Below are positions 38,998 to 52,845 of a stretch of 61,569 bases of DNA, one piece after another. Within the stretch, counting starts at the first letter, position 1, and every line of letters begins with the position of its first letter. Position numbers and translations under genes: made by a program. This stretch comes from Octopus sinensis (lineage: Eukaryota), in the NCBI RefSeq assembly GCF_006345805.1, contig NW_021834006.1, forward strand, positions 1 through 61,569, written 5' to 3'. The notes beneath the pieces are model-generated. The model was not told where the DNA came from and did not search any database. It saw only the letters and a program-made list of their open reading frames with translations.

Positions 38998-39584
38998 AAA
39001 GTACTTTACAATAATTACAATAATGATGATGATGATGATGACTACGACGACGATGACGATGATAATGATGATTAATATTTTAGAAATAAAAGGAAAAACT
39101 AAATTATCACTATTAATTACTTAATTATTACAAACAACCGCAGGCGTAATCACAAGCATGCAAATACAATCACACACTTTGTACGCTTAATTACCATTAC
39201 AGATAACTTTGACCGCTTTGCAATACGAAGTGTCACCTACACCAGAAGACACACGCACACGCACGCACACACACACACACCACACGCTCACACACCCATA
39301 AACAGACTCACACTCACTGTCACACACTGTTACACACTCACACACAAATGCACATACATGCGCACATACAACTATATGAAAATGTGGTACTCAGAGTAAC
39401 AGTTGATGGTGATCAAAGAGATGAAGTAATAATGAATTACCTTTGATGTATGTTAAACATTAATTAATATTATGTTAATTAGAGTAGATTTTGATGATGT
39501 GATTTTTTACAGATTTGAACCATGTATCGCAAAGTGACATGTTTATATTTCCTACGATTTTACAGAACCGTCAGAGTAAAGACT

Positions 39585-39895
39585 AGTTTCAAATTTTGTC
39601 AAAGGGCCAACAAGTTCGAGGAGTGGTGGGTCAAGCTTACATCGACCCCAGTGCTCAAATGTCACTTCAATTTATCGACTCTGAAAAGGTGAAAAGGCAA
39701 AATCGACTACGGTGGAATTTGAACTCAAAATGTGAAGACGGACAAAATGCCGCTAAGCATTCTGTCCGGCATGCTAACGATTTTGTCATCTCACCGCCTT
39801 CATAATAATAATAATAATAATCATTATAATCCTTTCTGTTAAGGGCACAAGGCCTGAAATTTGAGGGACAGAATAAGCTGTTTACATCGACTATT
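39585..39895 (-). mobile_element. Older SINE B (39585-39800) plus tail stub (39825-39895)
   Basis: Diverged reverse-complement matches. Confidence 0.8.
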
Positions 39896-39899
39896 CTAC

Positions 39900-40971
39900 C
39901 CCACACCATCACAAAAGAGTCTCTTTGCATACATTTGCTAACTCCTGGAACTCAATATCATTCATGAAGTCTCTTCAAGATATACATAGAAAATTAGTCG
40001 AAGTGACTTTTTGCTGAAAATATTCCAACTGTTTATGATGTTTTCAAGTGTACAATATCCATGTTGTGTGGCCTTAAAAAATGCGTTTGGAAAATAAACA
40101 TTTCCGTGTAATTTTTTTTTCTTTTTGTATATGGCTGAGACCACAATAAATATTGTAAGATTCCAAGAGATATCCATGACTTGTGGAATTACATCATCAA
40201 GATATACATCACTGTTTAACATGCTATCAGAATATTTCAAGAAAGATAGGGTTTTTTTATGTTTTACTATATACCATTATTTTAGGTTTTCAGGGCCAGG
40301 TTTGATAAAGATAACAGTTTTATTAGGGTTTATGGCGAGGACAACATAGCACATTCCAATACATAATTGTTTTGAGGTCTTATTTTCATTGTCACTAACG
40401 GAATGAGAGGTTTCTTATCAGAATGTTTAAAATAAACACATTCAAAGCTGAAGAACTTAGCAAGTGTGTTGTGGTGTATATAAATACTCTCTGAGCAGTC
40501 TTTAAAAGTGACTGAAAAAAAAAGTTATTGTGAAATTATGGGAAATAAACTGAAACAGTTGTATCACCTTGTACACCATCACTGATTGAAAAACCTGTCT
40601 GACCATTCTCCAACAATTACATCTCTTTCTCTGATATCATCATGAAAGGATATCGTAATATTTGTAAATATATTAGGACAGGCAACTTTTCCATAGCGCA
40701 TCATGTTTTGCAGACCGAAAGGCTTTAAGTTTTGCAAATTTTTCAGATATATTTTCAGAATGTTTATTACCCTGAGGTAAAATAGAATTATGAGCAATGA
40801 GATTTAAATAGCAATATGACCAAATTAATTTTCAGATAAGATTTTAGTTAAAATAATGCTTATTCCAGTGTACTCACGGGCAAGTTAAAACCAGGGGTAC
40901 TTTCTGAATGGCATGCCTAATAAAAAAACACCTTGGGGTGTATTTTGGTCAGAAATATAGTAACGAAAGGG
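39900..40971. mobile_element. Probable piggyBac-type terminal fragment
   Basis: Ends GTAACGAAAGGG|TTAA (CCC terminus plus TTAA site). The partner end was not found and the left boundary is a guess. Confidence 0.4.
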
Positions 40972-41244
40972 TTAATGAGGCTGATAAAGCAATAACAGAG
41001 CCCAAGTCTCTGCTTAATGCATATCTCTTGTAGTTCAGCAGCGGAAACAAAATACTCTGCCGTCAATTCCTAGTCCGACGAAAAAACCTGACTCAGTCTC
41101 AGGAAGGAAAGATAATCCACTATATAGATCTCATGTGTATCTTTAATAAGGGTTTTGCTATATTTAGCTCAAATAGGAGCACAGGAAATTCGGCTTAGTT
41201 TCTAAACTTAGTTTATAGAGGAGTGAAATTTCTACGTATATCTT

Positions 41245-41465
41245 TTATCATTTACTTGCTTCAGTCATTTGACTGCGGCTATGCTGGGGCACCGCCTCCA
41301 AAGGTTTAAGTCGAACAAATCTACTCCAGGGCTTATTTTTTAAGCCTAGTACGTATTCTACCCGTCTCTTTTGTTGAACCACTAAGTTACAGGGATGTAA
41401 ACACACCAGCACCGATTATCAAGTAGTGGTGGGGACAAACACAGACACAAAGACACACACACACA

Positions 41466-41511
<46 letters not shown>

Positions 41512-41690
41512 CACACACATACACACACACATATATATATATACGACAGGCTTCTTTCTGTTTCCGCGTACCAAATCCACTCACGAGGCTTTAATCGGCC
41601 CGAGGCTACAGTAGAAGACACTTACCCAAGGTGTCAAACAGTGGGACTGAACCTGGAACTATTTGGTTGGGAAGCAAACCGATTTTCACC
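41245..41690 (-). mobile_element. SINE family A, diverged
   Basis: Colinear with the consensus. Confidence 0.85.
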
Positions 41691-43395
41691 ACTTATCTAT
41701 TTGTCTTCTGCAACACATTTCTCCAATCTTAAGGAACTCTACCATTTTCTCACAGTTTATAGAACTGCGCAGAAGATTGTTCCTAATTTGAGCGCTTCTG
41801 CCCGAATCCCGTCAGCGCCAAGAGCTTCCCATTTTCAAGCTTATACAAAGCAACTCTTACTTTATTGAAATTCTGTGGATCATTAACGAACTGCCTTCTT
41901 GGAATTTATTCAATGAATTCTAAGAACACCCAATCGATGATAGAGCAGTAATTTAGCAATTCACTAAAATATTTTTGTCACTGTTGACAGATCTTATCTG
42001 TATCTTTAAGGGTTTTGATATTTTTAGCCCTAATGTGAGTACAGGAAATAGAATTTGGCCTCTAAACTTGGTTTATAAAGGAGTGAATTCTAAAATAACC
42101 TCTTTATTCAAAATAGTCTTCGAAACGTTATATAGACGTCCAATTATTTTTATTTAAACATCTAATTATAGGTAGATTATACTTAGCTTTGCCTTTGAAG
42201 GCCCTTCAATTTTGTTAGATATACTCAAATAAATGCTTTAATTTCATATCCCCGACAGCATGTCCAGTCACATGAAACGTCAAACAGTTGCGGGTGTGGG
42301 GAGAGGATGCTTTAGTGTTATTTACTGGTTTTTCTTCACCAAAGATGTGCTTCCTGAAATACTCAATTCATTAACATTGTACACTTGTTCTGGTGAGAAA
42401 ACACATTCAAAAGAAACTTTGTTCAGCTCTTTGTTGATAACTACAAGCAGCTTTTTGTATCATCGCTTACAGCTTCACCGTTAATTTTAATGTGTGCAAA
42501 TTTAGACACCGCTCAAAACCTTCAAACTACTCTTTACAAATACAAACAGAAACAGGTTTTGCATCAAAATTTGCTCCTTCATCTTTGCTGCAAATCGCTA
42601 TACAAACTTTTAACTTTCGCTTGAATGAAGATTGTGTTTATCAGAGCAGTACGTCTGGTCTAATCGTCGATTCTCACACTCAGAAGCCGTTCCATATTAA
42701 GCATCGTATCAAAGTTATGAGGCAAAATGTACAATTTCCAGACATTTAACTGTCTTGCTGCTTGAGCATTTGACTTAATTTCAACTTGATTATTATAGAT
42801 TGTTTCTAACGTAGACTTTTCAAGTTCTGATCTTTTTCTTCTTTTTTTTTTCTTTTTTAGCAATACCGCTGAATTTTTCTCTCGCATCAAAACGTTAGAA
42901 AATATCAACTTTAACTGCTAATATAAACTTATTTTACGACCATTTTGCACTTCTACATTCACTCCTATTCTTTTCGGTCATGTATTTGTAGTTAAATTTA
43001 AGAGCGGTTGCGATAGACAAGAACATCAAAACAACTAATAAAATCTTAGAAAGTTGTGATGTTCTGCGTCAGCCAAATATTGTGGTTATTCTTAATATCA
43101 GTTGTAAGAATGGAAATGGAAACTGAAATGTGTGGATGGTTTGAGTGGAAAGTTGGGGAACATTTAATGTGGAAAGACAAACTGTATGATTATATTTAGT
43201 AGCAAGATCCAGGTCAGTTAAAGCGGGGCTGGAGAGGTGTGGACGTGGACGTGTTGGCAAGAATGTCGAGAACAATGAAAACATAAGGTCAGTTGAATTG
43301 GTGCACCCACAAACACGGCGAGGAGGAACAAAAAAAAAACGAAATCAGGCAGATATTGATCCCAGTGACTATCTACTCTGATCTTTATATAGATA

Positions 43396-43820
43396 GGCGC
43401 AGGAGTGGCTGTGTGGTAAGTAGCTTGCTAACCAGCCACATGGTTCCGGGTTCAGTCTCACTGCGTGGCATCTTGGGCAAGGGTCTTCTGCTATAGCCCC
43501 GAGCCGCCCAATGCCTTGTGAGTGGATTTGGTAGACGGAAACTGAAAGAAGCCTGTCGTATATATGCATATATATAAGTGTGTGTGTGTGTGTGTATATA
43601 TATTTGTGTGTCTGTTTTTGTCCCCCTAGCATTGCTTGACAACCGATGCTGGTGTGTTTTCGTCCCCGTTACTTAGCGGTTCGGCAAAAGAGACCGATAG
43701 AATAAGTACTGGGCTTCCAAAGAATAAGTCCCGGGGTCGATCTGTTCGACTAAAGGCGGTGCTCCAGCATGGCCGCAGTCAAATGACTGAAACAAGTAAA
43801 AGAGTAAAAGAGTAAAAGAG
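43396..43820 (+). mobile_element. SINE family A, full length
   Basis: GGCGCAGGAG start and AAAAGAGT tail, followed by (GATA)n. Confidence 0.93.
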
Positions 43821-43879
<59 letters not shown>

Positions 43880-43904
43880 CAACGGAAATAAAGAACTATC
43901 ATCT

Positions 43905-44042
43905 TGATATCAAATTTTGGTACACGGCCAGCAGTTTCGGGGGAAGAGAAAATACGATTACATCGATTCCAGGACTCAACTGGTACTTATCTTATCGACA
44001 CCGAAAGGATGAAAGACAAAGTCGACATCAGTGAAATTTGAA
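43905..44042 (-). mobile_element. Partial SINE B
   Basis: Core and alternative tail in reverse complement. Confidence 0.75.
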
Positions 44043-44267
44043 TTATCTTATTATTCCAACCATACTCTGCTAATGAACCTCAAGCCACTGCCGCCGATAG
44101 TCTGGATGTACCACCTTAGGTCTGGTTACTCCATACACATCGGCAAAGTTTTAAACTCCACACCGACCGTATAGAGCATATACTTAGCCATGCAGATCAT
44201 CCAGCCTCATAAATGTTTTTGACTTATATATATATATATATATAAAGTAGTTGTATACTGTCAACTT

Positions 44268-44350
44268 AATGAAGAGATTGATGTATAGGTGACCATTATT
44301 CATCCTGACAGACGTATTTTGAATACATCCACCGAAACATGTGTAGGAAA
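44268..44350 (+). ncRNA. Decayed hammerhead-like motif
   Basis: (AA)UGAAGA-GAUUGAUGUAU..AUACAUCCACC-GAAAC-AUGU-GUA; the core C3 is lost and stem I is weak. Confidence 0.4.
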
Positions 44351-44720
44351 TATAAAGGTATAAATGACTTCATAACGTTTGAGCGTTTGTCGCCATGTTC
44401 TATTTCCTATATAATATATATATATTATATATATATATATATATATGTGTTATCAAGTATATATATATATGTATATATATAATGTATGTATATATGTATA
44501 TACATATAATATATATATATATGTATGCATATATTATATATATAATATATGTATGTATGTATATATATATGATGCATATATATATGTATGGTGTATATAT
44601 ATAATGTATGTGGTATATATATATGTATGTTATATATATGTGTATATGGTATGTAGTATGTAGTATATATATCTATATTACATGTATATATATTATATAT
44701 TATATATATATAGATATATG

Positions 44721-44781
<61 letters not shown>

Positions 44782-44784
44782 GTA

Positions 44785-45155
44785 CACTACCGTCAGAAAT
44801 TAATTAGCCACCCTTGATTGCTCTCACTCAAGGTATGTGCTGTCACCTAGTGGCCATATCTCGAACTATTGCTTTGTTGCGAGTTCACTGTTGTGCAGAA
44901 CGATGACGTAACTTGTTTGCAGAGCAGTTTGAGAGTCTAAAGCCTTATGATGTTGATAGCAGTGCAACAATTGGAGTGCGGATGCAGACAAATCTCCTTT
45001 GTTTAATAGATATAGGTAGCGCCTCGCAAGGACCGAAATCACACCATACTAAGTTTTCTCATCGCGTAAGACGTTTTGAACAGCTCATAGGTTAATTGAT
45101 TTAACCTATTTAATGTAGAAATTTGAGAAGTGCTAATTAATTTCTGACGCAAGTG
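44785..45155. mobile_element. Tc1/mariner-type MITE, 371 bp
   Basis: 24-bp TIRs CACTACCGTCAGAAATTAATTAGC / GCTAATTAATTTCTGACGCAAGTG (2 mismatches); TA at left. Confidence 0.85.
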
Positions 45156-45496
45156 AACATGTATTATTTGATACACTGTTGGTCCAACTTCGGTTTCACT
45201 TGCAGCTCTAATACCTCAAAGAATTGATTCGTACATGCTCTAGATAGAAATTAGGGGAATTTTGAGCAATTCTTTCAGCGAAAATGGCAAAGACAAGGAT
45301 GTCCTCACTTGCAACTTCAATATGTGCCATAATTTTCGAACATTTACAGATCCGACGATTGTGAGGGGCGCAGTGCATGTGGTTCCTCTTTATTTTATAC
45401 ACTTCGTACTAATTTCGGATAATATTAGCTTTGTGAATCGGCCCATTATCTTCCTGGAGATTTGCGCAACTATCACTATCATAGAGCAATGTTTAT

Positions 45497-45655
45497 TAGG
45501 AGTGGCTGTGTGGTAAGTAGCTTGCTTACGAACCACATGGTTCCGGGTTCATCCCACTCCGATGCACCTTCGGCAAGTGTCTTCTACTATTGCCTCGAGC
45601 CAACCAAAGCTATGTGAGTGGATTTGGTTGACGGAAACGAAAGAAGCTGTCGAAA

Positions 45656-45707
<52 letters not shown>

Positions 45708-45954
45708 TGTAGATGTATGTATGTGTGTGTGTAATGTTTGTGGTCTGTGCTTGTTCCCCCAACATCGCTTGACAACCGATGCTGGTGTGTTTACGTCCCC
45801 GTAACATAGCGGTTCAGCAAAAAGGATCGATGGAATAAGTACTAGGCTTAAGAAGAATAACTCCTGGGGTCAATTTGTTCGACTAAAGGCGGTGCTCCAG
45901 CATGCCAATAGTCGAATGACTGAAACAAGTAAAAAAGTAAAAAGAGTAAAAGAG
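45497..45954 (+). mobile_element. SINE family A
   Basis: Colinear with the consensus. Confidence 0.9.
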
Positions 45955-46260
45955 ATATAAGACGGACATGGCCAACCAAAATACTCAGCTAATCCTTAAC
46001 GTTAACTCTGCCATGAAGAACAACTCAAGGGCCAAGAGCATTTTATTGATACTGTTACCCAAGTCATCAAACACCAACCTTCATAATGGGAGTCACCGAG
46101 TCAAGGTTGAAGACATGTTTTTGGCTTCTGCAAGCATAAACTATGTAGAAAGACAACACAGATATAGATATATATGCCTCCATTATCAGTATCAGTCAGT
46201 TTTTCAAGCTGAGAGTATGTTATCTCTGACTTTTTTCTCCTTTTCTTCTCTTTTTCTCTG

Positions 46261-46293
46261 CCCCTTGAAGAAGGATTAAATCCGAAACGTTGG
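46261..46293 (+). ncRNA. Minimal hammerhead-like motif
   Basis: CC-UUGAAGA-A-GGAU-UAA-AUCC-GAAAC-GUU-GG; C3U change; palindromic AACGUU. Confidence 0.4.
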
Positions 46294-46498
46294 ATATTCC
46301 ACTCTTCACGGCAAATTCACTGTACTCCTTTTCCTCTTTTCTATATTTTCTATATTTTTTTTCAATTCTCGCTGACGCAGAGCTATCAGATTAATCCCTG
46401 ATTATTATATATAGACATATGTATGTGTGTATATGTGTATATATATCTATATGTGTGTGTATATATATTATATACATACACGCGCGCACACACAAATA

Positions 46499-46664
46499 TG
46501 AGGGGTGCTGAAAAGTTCCTGGCCTTGGGAAAAAGAAAAAGATCAGTTAATTATGATTTTATTCAATATATTCCCATCTTAGATTCATACACTTATTGCA
46601 GCAGTCTTTCGGTTTGTCTCAGCCCTATGAAAGAACTCGGAGGAGCTTTTCAGCAGCCCCTCTA
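46499..46664. mobile_element. Mariner-type MITE, ~165 bp
   Basis: TIRs TA|TGAGGGGTGCTGAAAAGTTCCT / AGGAGCTTTTCAGCAGCCCCTC. Confidence 0.85.
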
Positions 46665-46743
46665 ATATGTATGCATGTATGTATGTATGTATGTATGTAT
46701 GTATGTATGTATGTATGTATGTATGTATGTATGTGTGAATCAC

Positions 46744-46802
<59 letters not shown>

Positions 46803-46807
46803 GTCTA

Positions 46808-46863
<56 letters not shown>

Positions 46864-47035
46864 CTTATATATATATATATATTTATATGTGTGTGTATGA
46901 TATATATATATATAGATATATATATATATATCACGCACACATATATACGTTTATACACATACATATATAAATAATATATATATATATATATACATACATA
47001 CAATCATATATATATATAGAAGAGAGAGAGGAGAA

Positions 47036-47072
<37 letters not shown>

Positions 47073-47362
47073 TAGATACGAACGTGCTATACCTACATAC
47101 ATATATGAAGAAACCCATAAAAAATGTCATAATATGCGTATAATGACACCAAAAACAGTCTACAAAACATAAACGCTTTAAAATCACACATCCTCTTTAC
47201 ATTCTATACCCCTTTCTCCCCCCCTCCACCTTCGCCATAACATATATATCTTATCTGTTCCGCATTTCTTTGGCTGCTTTTTACCAAAATCTATATAGAA
47301 ATTCTTCATTTCAGACAAAATTTCTCTTATGGCTTCGATGTCTTCAACAAACACTTAAACAT

Positions 47363-47407
<45 letters not shown>

Positions 47408-47706
47408 TAATAATAATAATAATAATAATACTAATAATGATAATAATAATAATTATAATGACATAATTTATAGTTGGGAGTGAAGTATGCGATGTAATTT
47501 GTTGAAGAGTCGAAGGCGGACTAAATATATGCCTGAATTGCATAGGAATGGTATATATTGGGTTTTGGGAATAGAGTTTGGTTATGTCATTTATGGAATC
47601 TAAATGGAACTAGTTTGGAGAGGTGTTTTCTCTCTAACCTACATCCTCTTCTTTTCGTCCTTCCTTTCTGTCTATCATCATCATCGACGTCGTCGTCATC
47701 ATCATC

Positions 47707-47746
<40 letters not shown>

Positions 47747-48027
47747 CCATCATCATACTTTCCTCTGACTCCTCCGGCTGCAAACCCCGACTCCGCCTTC
47801 GACTCCACCTTCCCCGACTCCACCTCTTCTGACACCACCTCCTATTCTGCCTCCTCATCCTCCTCATCATCATCATTACCACCACCACCACCACCAAGAA
47901 CAACATCAACAACAACAACAAAACTACCTGCTTCCTCCTCCTCCTCCTCCTCTAATTCTTGTCCTTGTCTTTTCAGGAACTGATGAAATAAGGTACTAAA
48001 CTGCTGTTGTTGTTGTTGTTGTTGTTA

Positions 48028-49535
48028 CTGGTGGGTGGGGGTGAACCCAATGCCTTCGCTGGTTCACAACCAGTGGGGCTAAGGTAACCCTCTTCACTCA
48101 GACGTTAAGAACTCTGCGGACGATTTGTGCTTTCCCAAGCAACGCTATAATCTGCAGATGCTCGATCGCACATTACACCTTTATCTTTTCACTCCAGTCT
48201 GTGAGCTCTCAAAGCTCCAATTAGGAGTACGATACTCGCCTTCAATCACAACAGTCCGTTCATTTCCCACTTAAACATCACCATGTCTAACCTGCTTCTC
48301 ATTTCTTTGCAATACTCTGTCCCCCAATACGGGTTCGACACTTGCCTTCAGTTACCGCAATCCTTTGATTTCCTTCTTAAATGTCATTTTTGGCTAGCTT
48401 CCCTTCTCTTTGCGATAAGCAGTCATCACCAGGGCATGCAATATGTATGATTAAACAGGGTATTTTTTTCTTCTTTATTCACAACCACTATATACAGCTT
48501 TCGGTGTTCAATTTCATGATCACATTGAATCGTTTCGTCATATTACATCATACTGTGTCCTTACCATGTCATTCTCGGTTACTCTTTCTGAGATTTGCCC
48601 TTACCACATCTTTGCACTCCCTAATCCATATCTGTCAAACATGTAATGAATCATACTTGCAATATTATCCTGCCTTCTTCTGTATTCTTATCTGGCTAGC
48701 TTTCATTCGCCAAATGCTATACAGTCTCACATTTGTTACCTTACACATGTCATTTTCTGCTGCATTGTCTATCCTGCATTTCAGGTAATTTATCCTAAGT
48801 GCTTGCTCTTGCGCAGCACAGATAACCGTTTCTGTTTCTGGCTTTCAGTCGTTTTTCTTTAAACAGTGCCACCATTCCCCGGCATCTGTATTTTTGATCA
48901 CCTCTCTCGTAAATTCCTTTTCTTTTGTCTTCCTTATTCTTTTTTTTTTTTTATCTTTCTACCCCTTTGTGTCCACGCAAACATCTCTCCTGACTCTACC
49001 CGATATGCTCACCGAAACCAGCGTATGAGGTTGTTTATTATGGGTACTATATATACCCTTCATATACCTATTTCTTTACTACCCACAAGGGGACAAACAA
49101 GGACAGACAAACGGATTAAGTTGATTACATCGACCCCAGTGCATAACTGGTACTTAATTTATCGACCTCGAAAGGATGAAAGGCAAAGTCGACCTCGGCG
49201 GAATTTGAACTCAGAACGTTACGGCAGACAAAATACGGCTACGCATTTCGCCCGGCATGCTAACGGTTCTGCCATCTCATGGGTACTATAGATACCCTTC
49301 ATATACCACCCCAAGCTATTTTCGTCTGAGCAACTTTCACAGCTGATTAGCACCCACTCATCTTTGTGTCTGGTTAAATACAGCCTGTCAATATCACTCT
49401 TACAATGTGAGTTGTTTTCTCGATTTTTCAGTCCAGCCTCTGTAGCTCCTTTTTCCTCAGACCGATAATACCTGTGTTACACCTCAATAATGCAATTGTC
49501 CATGTATTGATTGCTTGTAACTTATTTATTCAATG
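48028..49535 (-). pseudogene. R4/Dong-like RLE non-LTR retrotransposon, 3' portion
   Basis: QAINTW..GII, KSDIDRLYL, KPETETVICAAQEQALR, decayed CCHC finger, EYRRRQDNIA, IQCDHEIEHRKLYIVVVNKE..IACPGD, LQIIALLGKAQIVRRVL*; followed by an (AAC)n run. Confidence 0.88.
49069..49278 (-). mobile_element. SINE family B inside the R4-like LINE
   Basis: 29-bp TSD with one mismatch (49040-49068, 49279-49307). Confidence 0.93.
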
Positions 49536-49559
49536 ATTGATGGGCGCTCAGGAAAGGCA

Positions 49560-50115
49560 TCGCAACTGACGTGCAAGCGACGAGATCGGTCCTTCACCAA
49601 TTTTTTCCCCTCAAAGCACGAAGGCTGCTTTGTCAGAGCTAAGATGCGTGCTCCAAGACACAAGGGTTACGAAAGCTGTCAAACAGGCTCGAGTGGAAGA
49701 GGCGCAGTGTTGTAACAAAGCTGGAATTCAGTCTATGATGGATCATGATGAGCTCTTATTACTCGAACCCGAGATGTTTGAGGCAACTTCCGCAGCACTT
49801 CGTTCAACTGTTCGAGACTAGCGGTGGGTTGCATTTCAAAAGGATCTGAGTACTTACATCGACAACCTGCCTCGACACTCTCGGTGAGGGAAGCAATGCT
49901 ACGAAAAGCCGAAATCAGCTACAGAACTATGGGAAGCGATGTTTGGGTTGCACAACAGGCAAATCTCCTGGTTTGGATGGTCTGCCCGATGAGCCTTAAT
50001 TTTACATACCAGCCTTATTTGGAGACTTCGTGGCTGATATCTACCGCAACTAGCAGCAGCAGAACGAGTGCATTCCCAGTTCTTATGAATCGAGGAGTGT
50101 TGTATTAAGCAGAGG
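49560..50115 (+). pseudogene. L1/Tx1-like LINE ORF2 fragment
   Basis: KHEGCFVRAK..EIS..ELWEAM..GKSPGLDGLPDE..FGDFVADIY..NRGVL (region just upstream of RT). Confidence 0.7.
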
Positions 50116-50184
50116 CCACAGTAGTAGCAGTACAGAATACGAAAAGAGAGGACAATGCATGCGTGAGATGCTGGGGTTGAGGCA

Positions 50185-50418
50185 AAGGCGGCGAGCTGGC
50201 AGAAACGTTAGCGTGCCGGGCGAAATGCTTAGCGGTATTTCGCTTGTCGTTACGTTCTGAGTTCAAATTCCGCCGAGGTCGACTTTGCCTTTCATCCTTT
50301 CGGGGTCGATAAATTAAGTACCAGTTACGCACCGGGGTCGATGTAATCGATTTAATACCTATGTCTGTCCTTGTTTGTCCCCTCTATATTTAGCCCCTTG
50401 TGGGTAATAAAGAAATAG
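50185..50418 (+). mobile_element. SINE family B, full length
   Basis: AAGGCGGCGAGCTGG..AAAGAAATAG; short AGGCAA flanking repeat. Confidence 0.93.
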
Positions 50419-50637
50419 GCAAGAGTGTGTTGGTGAAAGGTATCATCAATCCATTCTATTGTGAAGCCCAAAACTTTTACTATTCCACACTGCACTGCCT
50501 TTAATTTAAACTCATAAACAGCCACCATTTCACTTCTTTATTTTGTAAGATCAACCCAACCATGGTGATCACACCTACTGTAGACAGATTCAATATTGTT
50601 TCTATTGTATCACTATAGGTTACCACCCTTAACACAC

Positions 50638-50682
50638 CTGCCAAGAAGCCATCCTTTACAGATTCTGTTAAATTTATACTTT
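50638..50682 (-). CDS. Candidate 45-nt symmetric micro-exon (xSINLTESVKDGFLAx)
   Basis: Long T tract plus CACGCCAG acceptor and CAG|GTGTGT donor in non-repeat sequence; open in phase 1. Confidence 0.3.
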
Positions 50683-50819
50683 CTGGCGTGAAAAACAAAA
50701 AAAAAAAATCTTTCTAATGAAAAGAAAGTTTGAGATTGGGAAAAAAAATATGAAAATTTGAGAAAAATAAACTCCCCATACCTTCCACTCACCATACTTG
50801 AATCACATACCACCTTTAA

Positions 50820-50868
50820 AAATATATATATGAATCTGTGTGTGTGTATGTGTGTTGCATGTGTGTCT

Positions 50869-50914
<46 letters not shown>

Positions 50915-51070
50915 AAGAGACTAGAGAGGGGAGAGTAGAGAGAGAGAGTGACAAAGATGGGTAGACTTGCATATACTTGTATGTATACAAATAATATATA
51001 TGTATGCATGGTATACATGCACACACAAACACACATACATACACACACCACACACATATTATATATATAT

Positions 51071-51102
<32 letters not shown>

Positions 51103-51200
51103 CATAGACCACACACACATTCATACATATATGTGTATATGTTTATGCATTGTGTATCTACCTGTGTTTATAGACATGCATTTGTTTGTTCATATAGCCA

Positions 51201-51241
<41 letters not shown>

Positions 51242-51324
51242 GTGTATGTATGTATGTATAATATATATATATATATAGTATATATATATATATATACATA
51301 TATAATATATATATATAATATATA

Positions 51325-51368
<44 letters not shown>

Positions 51369-51441
51369 ATATATATTATATACACACATATATATATGTA
51401 TATGTGTATGTATGTATATATATATATATATTATATATATA

Positions 51442-51476
<35 letters not shown>

Positions 51477-51486
51477 ACACATATAT

Positions 51487-51541
<55 letters not shown>

Positions 51542-51606
51542 TATATACACAGATATATATATATGCATAAATACATATATAATAATATATATATGTATAC
51601 TGACAA

Positions 51607-51656
<50 letters not shown>

Positions 51657-52390
51657 AATTGAAAAATATTTTGCTTGTGTTTTTTGCGAAAGATTTTAAA
51701 CTAGATTACACATCTGAGCTAATTATATTTGTGTGTGATGTTATGCGAGTCTATGCATATGGACTATGTATGTGTATAAGTATATGTATGCACGCATGGG
51801 TAAGCGAGAGCTGTATGTGAATATATATGTTACAACATTACGTAAATAAGATGTGTGTCCGTTTATAAATGTGTACAGGTGTACGGGTGATGAGATCTGT
51901 ATTATGTCATGCTCATAGTTTTTATGTATGTGTATATGTTTGTGTGTGTGTGTGTGTGTGTGTGCGTGTGTGTTTGCATGTGTATGTGTGTGTGTGCGTG
52001 ACTGTATGACTGTCCATGTGAAATGTGTGTGTATGTATATGTATGGTCAGGAATGTATATTATGTGAATATGTGTTTGTAAGGTATACAAATTCGTGAAG
52101 ACCTATATGCTATGTAATTTGTGCATATATATATATGTGTGTGTATGTATAGTATGGGTATGTATATGTTTGTATGTGTATACATTCTAGGGATGTGTGT
52201 GTATATGTATATTATATATGTGTGTATGGCAGGGCATGTAAAAAAGCGTATGTGTATGTATGGCAGGGTGTATGTATGTGTGTGTTTGTATGTACACGAG
52301 TATGTTCAGTAAGGTATGAGAATGTGTATGTATGTATGTATGTATGTATGTATGTATGTATGTATGTATGTATGTATGTATGTATGTGTG

Positions 52391-52422
<32 letters not shown>

Positions 52423-52804
52423 TGTATGTATGTATGTATGTATGGTATGTATGTATCTATACATGGTAAGATATGCATGTATATGTATGTATGATATGGT
52501 ATGTATATATGTGTGTACAGCAGTATATGTATATGTGTGTATGTGAATGTGTATGTTAAAAGTAATGCGTGAGTATATATTGTATGCTATACGTGTGTGT
52601 TTGGTTCCGTGCCTGTATGTGTGTGTATGGTAGAGTATGCATACATGTGTATGCGTCTGGGTAGGTGCATGTACGGTACGTTTATGTGTCTGTATGCGTG
52701 TGTAATGTTGGGTAAGTAGGTGTTTGCACCTGTATATAAGGTAGAATATGTATATGTATGTTTATGAAAGGTAACGTATCGATAAATGTGTGTGTGTATG
52801 TGTG

Positions 52805-52840
<36 letters not shown>
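50820..52840. repeat. 2-kb microsatellite field (GA, TA, GT, ATGT)
   Basis: Directly visible. Confidence 0.95.
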
Positions 52841-52845
<5 letters not shown>

